Source of the DNA: Alphaproteobacteria bacterium
Lineage (GTDB): Bacteria; Pseudomonadota; Alphaproteobacteria; UBA828
NCBI GenBank assembly: GCA_965214705.1
Contig: CBDCCI010000002.1
Location: 2,496,001-2,560,000 of the forward strand
Length of the DNA stretch: 64,000 nucleotides
Direction of reading: 5' to 3'
The first letter of the stretch is position 1. The number at the start of each line of letters is the position of its first letter. The translations under genes and the position numbers were made by a program. This document shows, one piece after another, positions 28,274 to 38,314 of this stretch. The notes beneath the pieces were generated by a model, which had not been told where the DNA came from, searched no databases, and saw nothing but the letters and a program-made list of their open reading frames with translations.

Positions 28274-29335
28274 TTATGTAAGCCAGCGCGCGAGATTAGC
28301 ACGCACGTAGTCGTCGTCGGTGAGGTGCGGATAGGCCGCCGAAACCCGATCGATCTCCGCCGCCTGGCCGGGGCTCAGCCCCTCCTCCGGGTCCAGGCAC
28401 CAGGTGCCACGCATCAGCCCTTGGCGGCGCAGCACCTCGTGGCAGCCGGCGATGCAGCCCCGGAAGTCGTTGGCCACGTCGAAGAGAGCGGCGTTGCAAT
28501 CGGTGATCTGGGAGTCGAGCGCGAGGAAGTCCGCATCGATGGCGCCGGCTTCCGCTGCCGCATGGGCGCACTCCAGCAGCTCCACGGCCCGCTTGACCCA
28601 GACGCTCCAGTGGCCGAGCAGCCCGCCCTTGATGCGCACGGTGACCGCCTCGCCGCCACGCACGAGGCGCCAGGGCGTGACCAGATCGAGCAGGATGTGG
28701 TCGTCGTTGCCGGTGTAGAGGGTCACGCGATCCTCGGCGCCCGCTTCGACGACACCCCGCACCACGTCGAGCGTGCGGTAGCGGTTGAAGGGCGCGACCT
28801 TGATCGCCACCACGTTCTCCAGCGCAGCGAGGCGGCGCCAGAAGCCGGGCCCCAGCACCACGCCGCCCACCGCCGGCTGTAGGTAGAAGCCGACCAGGGG
28901 GATATGCGCGGCGAGCCGGGCACAGTGCTCAAGCCGCTCGTCCTCGCTCGCGCTGGCGAAGGCAGCGAGGCTCACCATCCCTGCGTGATAGCCGAAGCCG
29001 AGCGCGACATCCGCCTCAGCCAGCGCCTGCTCGGTCCGCCCGACCAGGCCCGCGATCCGCACCAGCGGCCGGTCGGTCCAGGCGTCGGCGGTCTCGGCCG
29101 CGAGCTTCAGCACCGGCTCGTAGAGCCCCGCCTCCCTGATCGCGAACTGCGTGGTGTGGACGCCGACCGCAAGCCCGCCGGCGCCCGCGTCGATGTAGTA
29201 GCGGGAGAGCGCCCGCTGCCGCTCCGTGTCCAGCCGGCGTTCGGCGTCGAGCGCGAGCGGATGCGCCGGGATCACGACGCCCTTGGCGAGTGTCGCCCGC
29301 ACCGGCGCCGGCACGTCGCCCCAGGCGAGGCTCAT
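28274..29335 (-). CDS. Dihydrodipicolinate synthase-like class I aldolase
   Basis: AVGVHTTQF, FYLQPAVGG, AIKVAPFNRY (Schiff-base Lys), YTGNDD. Confidence 0.87.
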   Translation of the reverse strand: MSLAWGDVPAPVRATLAKGVVIPAHPLALDAERRLDTERQRALSRYYIDAGAGGLAVGVHTTQFAIREAGLYEPVLKLAAETADAWTDRPLVRIAGLVGRTEQALAEADVALGFGYHAGMVSLAAFASASEDERLEHCARLAAHIPLVGFYLQPAVGGVVLGPGFWRRLAALENVVAIKVAPFNRYRTLDVVRGVVEAGAEDRVTLYTGNDDHILLDLVTPWRLVRGGEAVTVRIKGGLLGHWSVWVKRAVELLECAHAAAEAGAIDADFLALDSQITDCNAALFDVANDFRGCIAGCHEVLRRQGLMRGTWCLDPEEGLSPGQAAEIDRVSAAYPHLTDDDYVRANLARWLT

Positions 29336-30387
29336 GACGCCGCCGGCGCGGAGAACACGCCGTCCCTCACTTCGTACTGGGTGGGCTTGGCAAGGCTCGG
29401 CATGTCGCGCGCGACCCAGTCCGCCACCCAGTCGATCATCCGCCCGAGCGGCACGCGCGGATAGCCGAAGAGCGCGAAGGTGCGTTCGGCGTTGGTCAGC
29501 CAACCGCGTGCCGCCTCCTCGCCCGCGAACACGGGCTCCCGGTCGAGGCGCTCGCCGAAGGCTGCCGCCAGCGCGCGGATGCTCACGGTCTCCGGCCCGC
29601 TCACGTTGATCGGCGCGGCCGGCACGGCGCAGTGCTCGAAGCAGCGCAGGGCCATGGCGTTGGCGTCCCCCTGCCAGATCACGTTGACGTGTCCGGAGGT
29701 GAGGTCGATGGGCTCCCCGTCCCGCACCTTGCGGGCCACGTCGTGCAACACGCCGTAGCGCAAGTCGATCGCGTAGTTGAGCCGCACCAGGCGCCCCGGC
29801 GTGCCGAGCTTGCGCGAGAAATACTGGATCAGCCGCTCGCGCCCGACGCAGGAATTGGCGTACTCGCCCGGCGGTGGCGTGGGCGGCGTCTCCTCGACGG
29901 CGCCCTGGTGGCGGACATCGACGAAGGGATAGACGCAGCCGGTGGAGAAGGCGACGATCCGGGATTCGTGGAAGGTCTCGGCGACGATGGCGGGCACGTA
30001 GGCGTTCATCGCCCAGGTCAGATCGTCGTCGCCCACCGCGCCGAACTTGCGGCCGGCCATGAAGACGACGTTGGGGAGACGCGGCAGCGCCGCCACCGCG
30101 TCGCGGTCGAGCAGGTCGCACTGGATGGTCTCGACGCCCCAGGCGGCAAGCTTGTCACACACACGCGGGTCGGTGAAGCGGGCAACGCCGACGATGCGCT
30201 TCTCCGGCGCGGCGCGCTTGGCGAGGCCCGCGAGCGTTGGCCCCATCTTGCCGCCGACGCCGAGCACGATGATGTCGCCGTCCACGCGCGCGAGAGACCC
30301 GCGGAGCGCGTCGTCGGGCGCGGTCATCAGGTCTTCGAGCGCGGCCTCGTCGGCGATGCGCTCGGGCCACGCGGATGCATCGCTCAT
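29332..30387 (-). CDS. NAD-dependent epimerase/dehydratase
   Basis: LGVGGKMG, MAGRKFG, FSTGCVY, GEYANSCVGRE. Confidence 0.87.
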   Translation of the reverse strand: MSDASAWPERIADEAALEDLMTAPDDALRGSLARVDGDIIVLGVGGKMGPTLAGLAKRAAPEKRIVGVARFTDPRVCDKLAAWGVETIQCDLLDRDAVAALPRLPNVVFMAGRKFGAVGDDDLTWAMNAYVPAIVAETFHESRIVAFSTGCVYPFVDVRHQGAVEETPPTPPPGEYANSCVGRERLIQYFSRKLGTPGRLVRLNYAIDLRYGVLHDVARKVRDGEPIDLTSGHVNVIWQGDANAMALRCFEHCAVPAAPINVSGPETVSIRALAAAFGERLDREPVFAGEEAARGWLTNAERTFALFGYPRVPLGRMIDWVADWVARDMPSLAKPTQYEVRDGVFSAPAAS

Positions 30388-31220
30388 GACGTGAGCTCGG
30401 GGCGGCGGTCGGCGCGGTAGGTCGCGATCGCGCGCCAGCGGTCGAGGTCTTCCTGCGCAATGTCGATCCGCGCCACCGCCAGCCCCTCCCCTTCTGTCAG
30501 CGCCGCCAGAATCTTGCCCGAGGGGCCGGCGATGCAGGAATGACCGAGGCTGGTGAAGGAGAGGCCGGGCGCCAGCTCCTCGACGCCGACGCGATTGGCC
30601 ATCGCCACAAACGTGCCGTTCTCCAGCGCGCGCGTGGCGGCGAGCCCTTGCGTGACCGGCCCGCTCCAGCCCCAGGTCTCACGCTGATAGGCGTCGGCGA
30701 TCCAGTTGGTGCTATTGACGATAAGGTCGGCGCCGAGGTCGCCCAGGCGGCGCACGTAGTCCGCGAAGATGAAGTCGTAGCAGACCGTCATCCCGACCTT
30801 GCCGAGCGCGGTCTCCACCACCCGCACCTCGTCGCCGGCGCGGCAGCTCTCGCGCTCGGAGGCGAAGAGATGGGCCTTGTCGTAGACAGCGAGGCAGCGG
30901 CCGTCGGGACCGAAGAGGAGCTGCGAATCGTAGATGCCGCCGTCCCGCTGCGTGTAGGCGCCGACCGCCATCGTGATCCCGTTCTCGCGCGCGATCTCGC
31001 CCAGGCGCTGCGCGCTCGGCCCGTCCGGCGGCTCCGCTAGACCGGCAAGCCGATCACCCAGGAAATAGCCGGTGGTGGCGCATTCCGGGAAGACCACAAG
31101 GTCGACATGCCGGATCGCGGCCTCACCGGCGAAGCGGGCGATGGTCGCGAGGTTGCTTTCCGTGTCCCCGGTGGCGCAATCCATTTGCGCGACCGCGAGG
31201 GTCCAGGCCACGCCACTCAT
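30384..31220 (-). CDS. Carbon-nitrogen hydrolase (nitrilase superfamily)
   Basis: E-K-C triad: FPE, YDKAHL, VCYD; RALENG. Confidence 0.92.
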   Translation of the reverse strand: MSGVAWTLAVAQMDCATGDTESNLATIARFAGEAAIRHVDLVVFPECATTGYFLGDRLAGLAEPPDGPSAQRLGEIARENGITMAVGAYTQRDGGIYDSQLLFGPDGRCLAVYDKAHLFASERESCRAGDEVRVVETALGKVGMTVCYDFIFADYVRRLGDLGADLIVNSTNWIADAYQRETWGWSGPVTQGLAATRALENGTFVAMANRVGVEELAPGLSFTSLGHSCIAGPSGKILAALTEGEGLAVARIDIAQEDLDRWRAIATYRADRRPELTS

Positions 31221-31258
31221 GTCGCCCCTCCCCCGCTGTGCCGCTCTTGCCCGTCCGG

Positions 31259-33586
31259 CTAGTTCCTGAGCGGCTTGCCGGTCTCCAGCATGTGCTCCAT
31301 GCGGGCGATGGTGCCGGGCGTGCGGATCAGCGCGAGCAGCGCCTCGCATTCCAGCTCGGAGAGACGGTCCTCCGGGATCTCCCGCACCGCATCGGTCTCG
31401 CCGCCGGTGAGCACGTTGCCGAGATGCTCCACCACCACCAGGTCGTGCGCGGTCGCCTTGCGGGTCTTGGCGAGCCCCTTCACCGCCATCTTGAGCGCGA
31501 CGCGCCCGGTCTTGCCCGGCAGCTTGACCACGGCGGGCTCCGGCGGCGTGTAGTCCTCCGCCAGCGCCAGTGCCCTGGCCTTGGCATCGGCCAGCAGGCG
31601 GTCGCGGTTGGCGGTGATGCCGTCGCCCTCGCGCAGGAACCCCAGGCTCTGCGCCTGCTTGGCCGAGCGCGAGACCTTGGCGAGGCCGATGGTCTCGAAC
31701 ACCTTGGAGATCGCAGGCATCGCGCCGCCGAATCCCTGCCGGCCGCCGGTGAGCCCGCGCAGCATCATCTCCTTGCAGCCGCCCCAGCCGGGCACGAGCC
31801 CGACGCCGGCCTCGACCAGGCCCATGTAGCTCTCGGCGTGGGCCTGCACCGCGTCGCAGTGCAGCAGCACCTCGCAGCCGCCGCCGAGCGCCATGCCCGA
31901 CGGCGCGCCCACCACCGGGAAGGGCGCGAACTTGAGGCTTCTGAAGGCGGCCTGTCCCTGCTTGATCGTCTCCTCGATCATCGGCCAGGCGCCGACGTTG
32001 ACGACGAAGAGCGCGAGGCCGAGGTTCATGCCGACGGAGAAGTTGCTGCCCTCGTTGTGAATCACCAGTGCGGTCATGCGCTCGCCCACGATTTCCACCG
32101 ACTGCTCGACCAGCGCCATGATCTCGGTGTCGAGCGCGTTCATCTTGGAGTGGAATTCGAGGCAGGCGACGCCGTCGCCGATGTCCCAGAGGCTCGCCGA
32201 GGCGTTGCGGGCGAGCGGCTTGCTGCTGAGCTTGATGTCGGAGAGGAGCAATACGCCGTCGGGCCGCGTGAGCGGCGTGTAGCGGCCGCTGCCGGCAAGA
32301 TGGTCCGCGCGACCGTCGGCGATCCGGTAGAAGCCGTCGCCGTCCGCCGCCGCCCGCAGCAGGGGCGGCACCGCCCTGCCCTCTTGGGCGAGCTTGTCCG
32401 CGAACCAGCCGGCGCCGACCTCGTCGATCAGCTCGAACGGCCCGCGCTTCCAGTTGTAGCCGAGGCGCATGGCGCGATCGACCGCCTCGACATCGTCGGC
32501 AATCTCCGGCACCAGGCCGGCGGTATAGGCGAGCGTGCCCGACATCACCTGCCACGCGTAGGCCCCGGTCTTGTCGGGATGCTCGAAGAGCGCGCGAAGC
32601 GAGCGCCCGGACTGCTCGATGCTCTCCAGCCGCGGACGCCGGGCGGGGCCGTACGTGCCGGTGGCGAGGTCCCGCACCTCCTTCTCTTTCGTCTCCGAGT
32701 CGGGCTTGAGCCGGTAGAAGCCGCCCTTGCCCTTGCGGCCGATGTAGCCGCTCTCGATCATCTCCGTGATGAACGCGGGCTCGTCGTAGACCGCGTGGAA
32801 GGCGTCGCTCTCGGGCAGCGCATTCTTCAGGCTGCGGCCCACCAGCGGCATCAGGTCGAGGCCGACCAGGTCGATCAGCCCGAACACGCCAGTCTTGGGC
32901 ACGCCGATGGGGCGGCTGAGGACGGCGTCCGCTTCCTCCACCGTCACCCCGTTCTCGACCGCCGCGCGCACCGCAGCGACCAGCCAGTAGGTGCCGATCC
33001 GGTTGGCGATGAAGCCCGGCGTGTCGTTGCAGGGCACCACGCCCTTGCCGAGCTTGCGATCGGCGAAGTCGCAGACCTCGGCCACCGCATCCGCGCGGGT
33101 CTCCGGCCCCGCCACCACCTCCAGCAGCCGCATGTAGCGCGGCGGGTTGAAGAAGTGGGTGATGAGGAAGTCTCGCGCGAACGCCTCCGGCAGGCCGTCC
33201 AGCAGCACGCTGGAGGGGATGGTCGAGGTGTTGGACGAGACGATGGAGTCCTTCTTCCGCACCGAATCGATCTTGCGATAGATGGCCTGCTTGGCGTCGA
33301 CCGTCTCGATCACCGCCTCGACGATCCAGTCGGCATCACTCAGGAGGTCGAGGTGGTCCTCGACATTGCCGGTGGCGATGCGCTTGGCGTCCGACTTCGC
33401 CATGAAGGGCGCGGGGTCGGTCTTGAGCATCCGCGCCACCGAGCCCTCGGCCAGCGCGTTCCGGTCTTTCGCGCCCTCGGGCACGATGTCGAGCAGCACC
33501 ACGTCGTGGCCGGCATTGGCGATGTGGGCGGCGATGCCGCCGCCCATCAGACCCGCCCCGATGACGGCGGCCTTCTGGATGGCCAT
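31259..33586 (-). CDS. 3-hydroxyacyl-CoA dehydrogenase/enoyl-CoA hydratase (FadN type)
   Basis: GAGLMGGGIA, SSNTS, HFFNPPRY, DTPGFIANRIG, ALGGGCE, GKPLRN. Confidence 0.93.
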   Translation of the reverse strand: MAIQKAAVIGAGLMGGGIAAHIANAGHDVVLLDIVPEGAKDRNALAEGSVARMLKTDPAPFMAKSDAKRIATGNVEDHLDLLSDADWIVEAVIETVDAKQAIYRKIDSVRKKDSIVSSNTSTIPSSVLLDGLPEAFARDFLITHFFNPPRYMRLLEVVAGPETRADAVAEVCDFADRKLGKGVVPCNDTPGFIANRIGTYWLVAAVRAAVENGVTVEEADAVLSRPIGVPKTGVFGLIDLVGLDLMPLVGRSLKNALPESDAFHAVYDEPAFITEMIESGYIGRKGKGGFYRLKPDSETKEKEVRDLATGTYGPARRPRLESIEQSGRSLRALFEHPDKTGAYAWQVMSGTLAYTAGLVPEIADDVEAVDRAMRLGYNWKRGPFELIDEVGAGWFADKLAQEGRAVPPLLRAAADGDGFYRIADGRADHLAGSGRYTPLTRPDGVLLLSDIKLSSKPLARNASASLWDIGDGVACLEFHSKMNALDTEIMALVEQSVEIVGERMTALVIHNEGSNFSVGMNLGLALFVVNVGAWPMIEETIKQGQAAFRSLKFAPFPVVGAPSGMALGGGCEVLLHCDAVQAHAESYMGLVEAGVGLVPGWGGCKEMMLRGLTGGRQGFGGAMPAISKVFETIGLAKVSRSAKQAQSLGFLREGDGITANRDRLLADAKARALALAEDYTPPEPAVVKLPGKTGRVALKMAVKGLAKTRKATAHDLVVVEHLGNVLTGGETDAVREIPEDRLSELECEALLALIRTPGTIARMEHMLETGKPLRN

Positions 33587-34722
33587 CAGGCGGCCTCGAG
33601 CACGGTGGAGATGCCCTGGCCGCCGCCGATGCACTGGGTGGCGAGCGCGTAGCGCTTGTCCTCGCGGCGGAGAATCTGCGCGGCCTTGCCGGTGATCCGC
33701 GCGCCGGTGGCGCCCAGGGGATGGCCAATGGCGATGGCGCCGCCGTCGATGTTCATGCGCTCCAGGTCGATGGAAAGCTCGCGCACGCAGGCGAGCGCCT
33801 GCACCGCGAAGGCCTCGTTGAGCTCGATCACGTCGACGTCCGACATCTTGAGCCCGGCGCGGGCGAGCGCCTTCTCCGACGAAACCACCGGGCCGTAGCC
33901 CATGATCTCGGGCGCGCATCCGGCGACCGCGATCGCCTTGATGCGGGCGAGCACGCTAAGCCCGTTGCGCTGGGCGTAGTCCTCGGTGCAGACCAGCACG
34001 GCAGCGGCGCCATCGGTGAGCGGCGACGAGGTGCCGGCGGTCACCGTGCCCTCGGCATCGAAGGCGGGCTCGAGTCCGGCCAGGACCTCGGCATTGGTGC
34101 CGGGGCGAATGCAGCCGTCGCGCTCGACCGTGCCGTCTGCGGTCTCGACCGCGATCACTTCGCCCTCGTACTTTCCGTCGTCCCAGGCGGCGGCGGCGCG
34201 CGCATGGCTCGCGACCGCGAGCGACTCCTGCTCCTCGCGGGTGATCTGGTACTTGCGGGCGAGGTTCTCGGCGGTCTCGCCCATGGACATGTAGGCGCCC
34301 TCGTTCTTCTCGTAGAGGTCGGGGTTGGGCGCCGGGTTGAAGCCGCCCATGGGCACGCGGCTCATGGATTCCACGCCGGCGCAGATGAAGGCCTCGCCGG
34401 CATCCATGCGGATCGCGCCGGCGGCGATGTGGATCGCCTGCATGGACGAGCCGCAGAAGCGGTTGACGGTGGCGCCGGCGACCGAGATCGGCAGCTCAGC
34501 GATCAGCGCCACGATGCGGCCCATGTTGAAGCCCTGCTCGCCTTCGGGGAAGGCGCAGCCGATGATCAGGTCTTCGATCTCGGCGGGATCGACGCCGGTC
34601 TGGGCGAGCAGGCCCTGCACGACCTCGGCGGCGAGATCGTCGGGGCGCTTCTCGACCAGCGCGCCCTTGTGGGCGAAGTGAAAGGGCGAGCGGACATAGC
34701 CGGCAATGACGGCGTTATTCAT
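33586..34722 (-). CDS. Acetyl-CoA C-acyltransferase (thiolase)
   Basis: NRFCGSS, NEAFA, GHPLGATG, CIGGGQG. Confidence 0.95.
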   Translation of the reverse strand: MNNAVIAGYVRSPFHFAHKGALVEKRPDDLAAEVVQGLLAQTGVDPAEIEDLIIGCAFPEGEQGFNMGRIVALIAELPISVAGATVNRFCGSSMQAIHIAAGAIRMDAGEAFICAGVESMSRVPMGGFNPAPNPDLYEKNEGAYMSMGETAENLARKYQITREEQESLAVASHARAAAAWDDGKYEGEVIAVETADGTVERDGCIRPGTNAEVLAGLEPAFDAEGTVTAGTSSPLTDGAAAVLVCTEDYAQRNGLSVLARIKAIAVAGCAPEIMGYGPVVSSEKALARAGLKMSDVDVIELNEAFAVQALACVRELSIDLERMNIDGGAIAIGHPLGATGARITGKAAQILRREDKRYALATQCIGGGQGISTVLEAA

Positions 34723-34776
34723 GGACTGGGGCCTCTTGCTTTGTCAGATGCTATGTGTGGCGGCGCCGGGCCGCGT

Positions 34777-36501
34777 TCAACCGGAGCCGGCGGCGGCCGC
34801 GTCCTGCTTGGCGGCCTCTTCGGCCACCAGCTCCTTCTTGGAGAGCTTGCCGATGATGGTCTTCGGCAGCTCGTCGCGGAACTCGATCTGCTTGGGCATC
34901 TCGATGGGCGAGAGCTTGTCCTTGAGGAATTCCGTCAGCGCGTCGTCCGTCAGGCTCTCGCCGTCCTTGAGGCGGACGAAGGCCTTGACGGTCTGCTGGC
35001 GGCGGGCGTCATCGACGCCGATGACCGTCACCTCCAGCACCGACGGGTGCTTGTAGATCGCTTCCTCCACGTGGCGCGGATAGATGTTGTAGCCGCCGGC
35101 GATGATGACCTCCTTGAGCCGGTCGATGAGATAGACGTAACCGTCCTCGTCGATCTTGCCGACATCGCCGGTGTGAAAGCGCCCGCCGGCGAAGGCGCGC
35201 TGGTTCTCCTCGTCGCGCTTCCAGTAGCCCTTCATCACCTGCGGGCCGGAGATGCAGATCTCGCCGATCTCGCCTTGCGGCAGCACCTTCTCCGGCTCGT
35301 CGATCGAGCAGATTTCGACCACGGTGCCGGGCACCGGCACGCCGAGCGAGCCTTCGCGGCTGCCGCCAGGCGTGGTCGGGTTGCAGGTCGCAATCGGGGA
35401 GGTCTCGCTGAGACCGTAGCCTTCCACCAGCGTGCAGCCCGAGATCTCCTGGAACTTCTCCTGCACCTCGCGCGGCAGCGATGCCCCGCCCGAGAGGCAG
35501 AGCTTGATGGAGGAGAGGTCGTACTTGCCGGCCGCGACGTCCGGATGCCCGTTGATCGCGATGTAGATCGTCGGCACCGCGGGGAAGAAGGTCGGGCGCT
35601 TCTTGTGGACGACCTTGAGCACGGTGTCGAGCTCGAAGCGCGGCAACAGGACCATCTTGGCGCCGATCCGGATGCTGTAGTTCATCACCACGGCCATGGC
35701 GAAGACGTGGAAGAGCGGCAGCACGCCGATCATGACCTCGCGGCCTTCCTCGGCGCCGGGCATCATCATCGCCCCTTGCGCCACGTTCGCGCTGAGGTTG
35801 GCGTGGGTCAGCATCGCGCCTTTCGAGGTGCCGGTGGTGCCGCCGGTGTACTGAAGCACCGCGATATCTTCCTTGGCGTCGATCTCCACCGGCGACGGCC
35901 TGCCTGGGTTGTCGAGCAGCGCGCTCAAGCGGACATGGCGGGAATCTCGTGGCACCTTGGCGATTTCGCTGCGCTTGACGATGGGGAAGAGCAGCTTCTT
36001 GAGGCCCGGCAGCATCTCCGCCATGGAAACGATCACGAGATGGGTGAGCCGCGTCTGGTCGAGCGCGATTCGGGCCTTGTCGTAGAGGATGGAGAGGTCG
36101 AGGGTGACCAGAATATCGGTCTCCGAATCCTCGATCTGGCTCTTGATCTCTTCGATAGCATAGAGCGGGTTGACGTTGACCACCGTCCCGCCGGCCTTGA
36201 GCACACCGTAATAGACGGCGACGAAGGCCGGACAGTTGGGCAGCAGGATGCCGACCTTCTTGCCCTTGCCGACACCGAGCTTCTGAAATCCTCCGGCCGC
36301 CTTGTTCGCCTGCTCACCGAGTTCTCGGTAGCTCGTGATCTTGTCCATGAAGTCGATCGCGGGCCGGTCGCCGAAGCGGGCGACGGCATCGTCGAGCAAT
36401 CGGTGGAGCGCCCCGCTGGGTAGCGGCGCGTTCCAGTCGACGTTCTCCGGGTACGACTTCTCCCAGGGATGTGCACTGCCTTGCGCTTCGCTCTCAGCCA
36501 T
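34777..36501 (-). CDS. Long-chain fatty acid--CoA ligase (FadD-like)
   Basis: YTGGTTGTSKG, EGYGLSET, TGDVG, GKLSK. Confidence 0.93.
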   Translation of the reverse strand: MAESEAQGSAHPWEKSYPENVDWNAPLPSGALHRLLDDAVARFGDRPAIDFMDKITSYRELGEQANKAAGGFQKLGVGKGKKVGILLPNCPAFVAVYYGVLKAGGTVVNVNPLYAIEEIKSQIEDSETDILVTLDLSILYDKARIALDQTRLTHLVIVSMAEMLPGLKKLLFPIVKRSEIAKVPRDSRHVRLSALLDNPGRPSPVEIDAKEDIAVLQYTGGTTGTSKGAMLTHANLSANVAQGAMMMPGAEEGREVMIGVLPLFHVFAMAVVMNYSIRIGAKMVLLPRFELDTVLKVVHKKRPTFFPAVPTIYIAINGHPDVAAGKYDLSSIKLCLSGGASLPREVQEKFQEISGCTLVEGYGLSETSPIATCNPTTPGGSREGSLGVPVPGTVVEICSIDEPEKVLPQGEIGEICISGPQVMKGYWKRDEENQRAFAGGRFHTGDVGKIDEDGYVYLIDRLKEVIIAGGYNIYPRHVEEAIYKHPSVLEVTVIGVDDARRQQTVKAFVRLKDGESLTDDALTEFLKDKLSPIEMPKQIEFRDELPKTIIGKLSKKELVAEEAAKQDAAAAGSG

Positions 36502-36575
36502 GCGCTCCGCTCCTTTTGCCTGGGATTTGCGGCCCCGCTCCGCCCTGTCCAGACGCGGGGAACACACTTCCGTGC

Positions 36576-36662
36576 ACTATGAAAACCCGGCCTACCGCCG
36601 TCAAGGCGGGAAACTGCATACCCGCCTGCAGGCGTTGACATCGAACAATCGCTTTCCATGCT
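36576..36662. promoter_or_regulatory. Back-to-back sigma70 promoters for the two CoA ligases
   Basis: Minus strand TTGACG-17-CATAGT (36604-36576); plus strand TTGACA-16-CATGCT (36635-36662). Confidence 0.5.
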
Positions 36663-36688
36663 GGGGGTATGACGAGCGGCGGCGTACG

Positions 36689-38314
36689 ATGCTGACCATC
36701 GGCAAGGAGCCCGAGACGTGGCTGGTCCACCGTGTCCTCGAGCAGCGCGCCGCCGAACGCCCCGACCACCCGGTGATGCACTGGTCCGGGCTGGATTACA
36801 GCTACGCCGCCATCAACCGCGAGGCCAACCGCATCGCAGCCGGCCTGGAGGCGCGGGGGATCGAGCCGGGACACCGCTGCGCCGTGATGATGCAGAACTC
36901 GCCGGCCCACGTCTTCGTCTGGTTCGCCACCGCCAAGCTTGGCGTCGTCGAGGTGCCGATCAACACCGCCTACCGGGGCGACATCCTCACCCATATCGTG
37001 ACCAGCGCGCGGGTGACGGCGATGGTGCTGGACGCCGAGTTCGTGCCCGTGGTCGCGCGAATCGCGGACCGCTGCCCCGGCCTCGGCACCTTCATCGTGG
37101 CCGGCGACGACTTGGAGGATGCGCGGCGCACGCTGCCGGGCGTCGTGCTCTCGCTGGAGGAGATCGCCACCGGTGACGGCGCCGATACATCGCGCGCCAT
37201 CGAGGCTACCACCACGGCCTGCATCATGTTCACCTCGGGCACCACGGGGCCCTCGAAGGGCGTGGTCATCAACAACCATTTCGAGCTGTCGTTCGCCGTC
37301 GTCTTCAACGAGATCGTGTCGCTCCGCGCCGACGACGTGACCTACAACTTCCTCCCCTTCTTCCACATCGCCGGCAAGTTCATCCTGCTGGGCACCATGC
37401 TCGCCGACTGCCGGATGCTGCTGCGCCCGCGCTTCAGCGCCGGTCAGTTCTGGCCGGACGTGCGTGAGCACGGCGCGACCGTGACGGTCGGCGTCGGCGG
37501 CATCTGCCACATGCTCTGGGCCGAGCCGCCTCAGCCGGACGATGCCGACAACCCGCTCCGCATGATCTACTCGGTGCCCAATCCGCACGAAGTGCAGGAG
37601 CAGTTCCTCGAACGCTTTGATCTACAACTAACCGAAGGCTACGGCTCGACAGAGGCCAACATCGTGGTCTACACGCGGCCGGACGAAGCGACGCCGAGGG
37701 GCACGGCCGGGCGGGCCGCGCCCTACTACGAGGTGGCGATCTTCGACGAGATGGACCGCCCGGCGCCCCCCGGCACCTCGGGCGAGATCGTGGTCCGCGC
37801 CAGGCACCCCTACATCCTGATGGAAGGCTACGACGGCCTGCCGGAGGCGACGCTGGCGGCGTTCCGCAACCTCTGGTTCCACAGCGGCGACTGCGGCCAC
37901 ATGGACGAGAACGGCTTTCTCTTCTTCCACGACCGGATGAAGGACGCGATCCGTCGGCGGGGCGAGAACATCTCGTCGTTCGAGGTGGAGCGGATCGTCA
38001 ACAAGCACCCGGATGTGGCCGAGACCGCTGCCATCGCCGTGCCCGCCGACGTGGGCGAGGACGAGGTGAAGGTGGTGGTGGTGCGCAACCCCGGCGCTGC
38101 GCTGACAGAGGAAGCGCTGCTCCGCCACTGCGCGGCCGAGATGCCTTACTTCATGGTCCCGCGCTTCATCGAGTTCCGGGCCGACCTGCCGCGCACGCCC
38201 ACGCAGAAGGTGCGCAAGGTGGTGTTGCGCGAAGATGGAATCACGCCTGCGACCTGGGACCGGGAGGCGGCGGGGTTCAAGGTGACCCGTGACGGGCTCA
38301 AGCGGCGTCTCTGA
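36689..38314 (+). CDS. Acyl-CoA synthetase (CaiC crotonobetaine/carnitine-CoA ligase-like)
   Basis: FTSGTTGPSKG, YGSTE, HSGDCG, DRMKDAIRRRGENISSFEVE. Confidence 0.9.
   Translation: MLTIGKEPETWLVHRVLEQRAAERPDHPVMHWSGLDYSYAAINREANRIAAGLEARGIEPGHRCAVMMQNSPAHVFVWFATAKLGVVEVPINTAYRGDILTHIVTSARVTAMVLDAEFVPVVARIADRCPGLGTFIVAGDDLEDARRTLPGVVLSLEEIATGDGADTSRAIEATTTACIMFTSGTTGPSKGVVINNHFELSFAVVFNEIVSLRADDVTYNFLPFFHIAGKFILLGTMLADCRMLLRPRFSAGQFWPDVREHGATVTVGVGGICHMLWAEPPQPDDADNPLRMIYSVPNPHEVQEQFLERFDLQLTEGYGSTEANIVVYTRPDEATPRGTAGRAAPYYEVAIFDEMDRPAPPGTSGEIVVRARHPYILMEGYDGLPEATLAAFRNLWFHSGDCGHMDENGFLFFHDRMKDAIRRRGENISSFEVERIVNKHPDVAETAAIAVPADVGEDEVKVVVVRNPGAALTEEALLRHCAAEMPYFMVPRFIEFRADLPRTPTQKVRKVVLREDGITPATWDREAAGFKVTRDGLKRRL

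Noticed and set aside
33721-36423. Very long antisense ORFs (900 aa here; also 54532-57408, 31238-33652 and 12551-14326)
   Set aside because: They mirror well-supported genes on the opposite strand and have no motifs. They are typical high-GC shadow ORFs.
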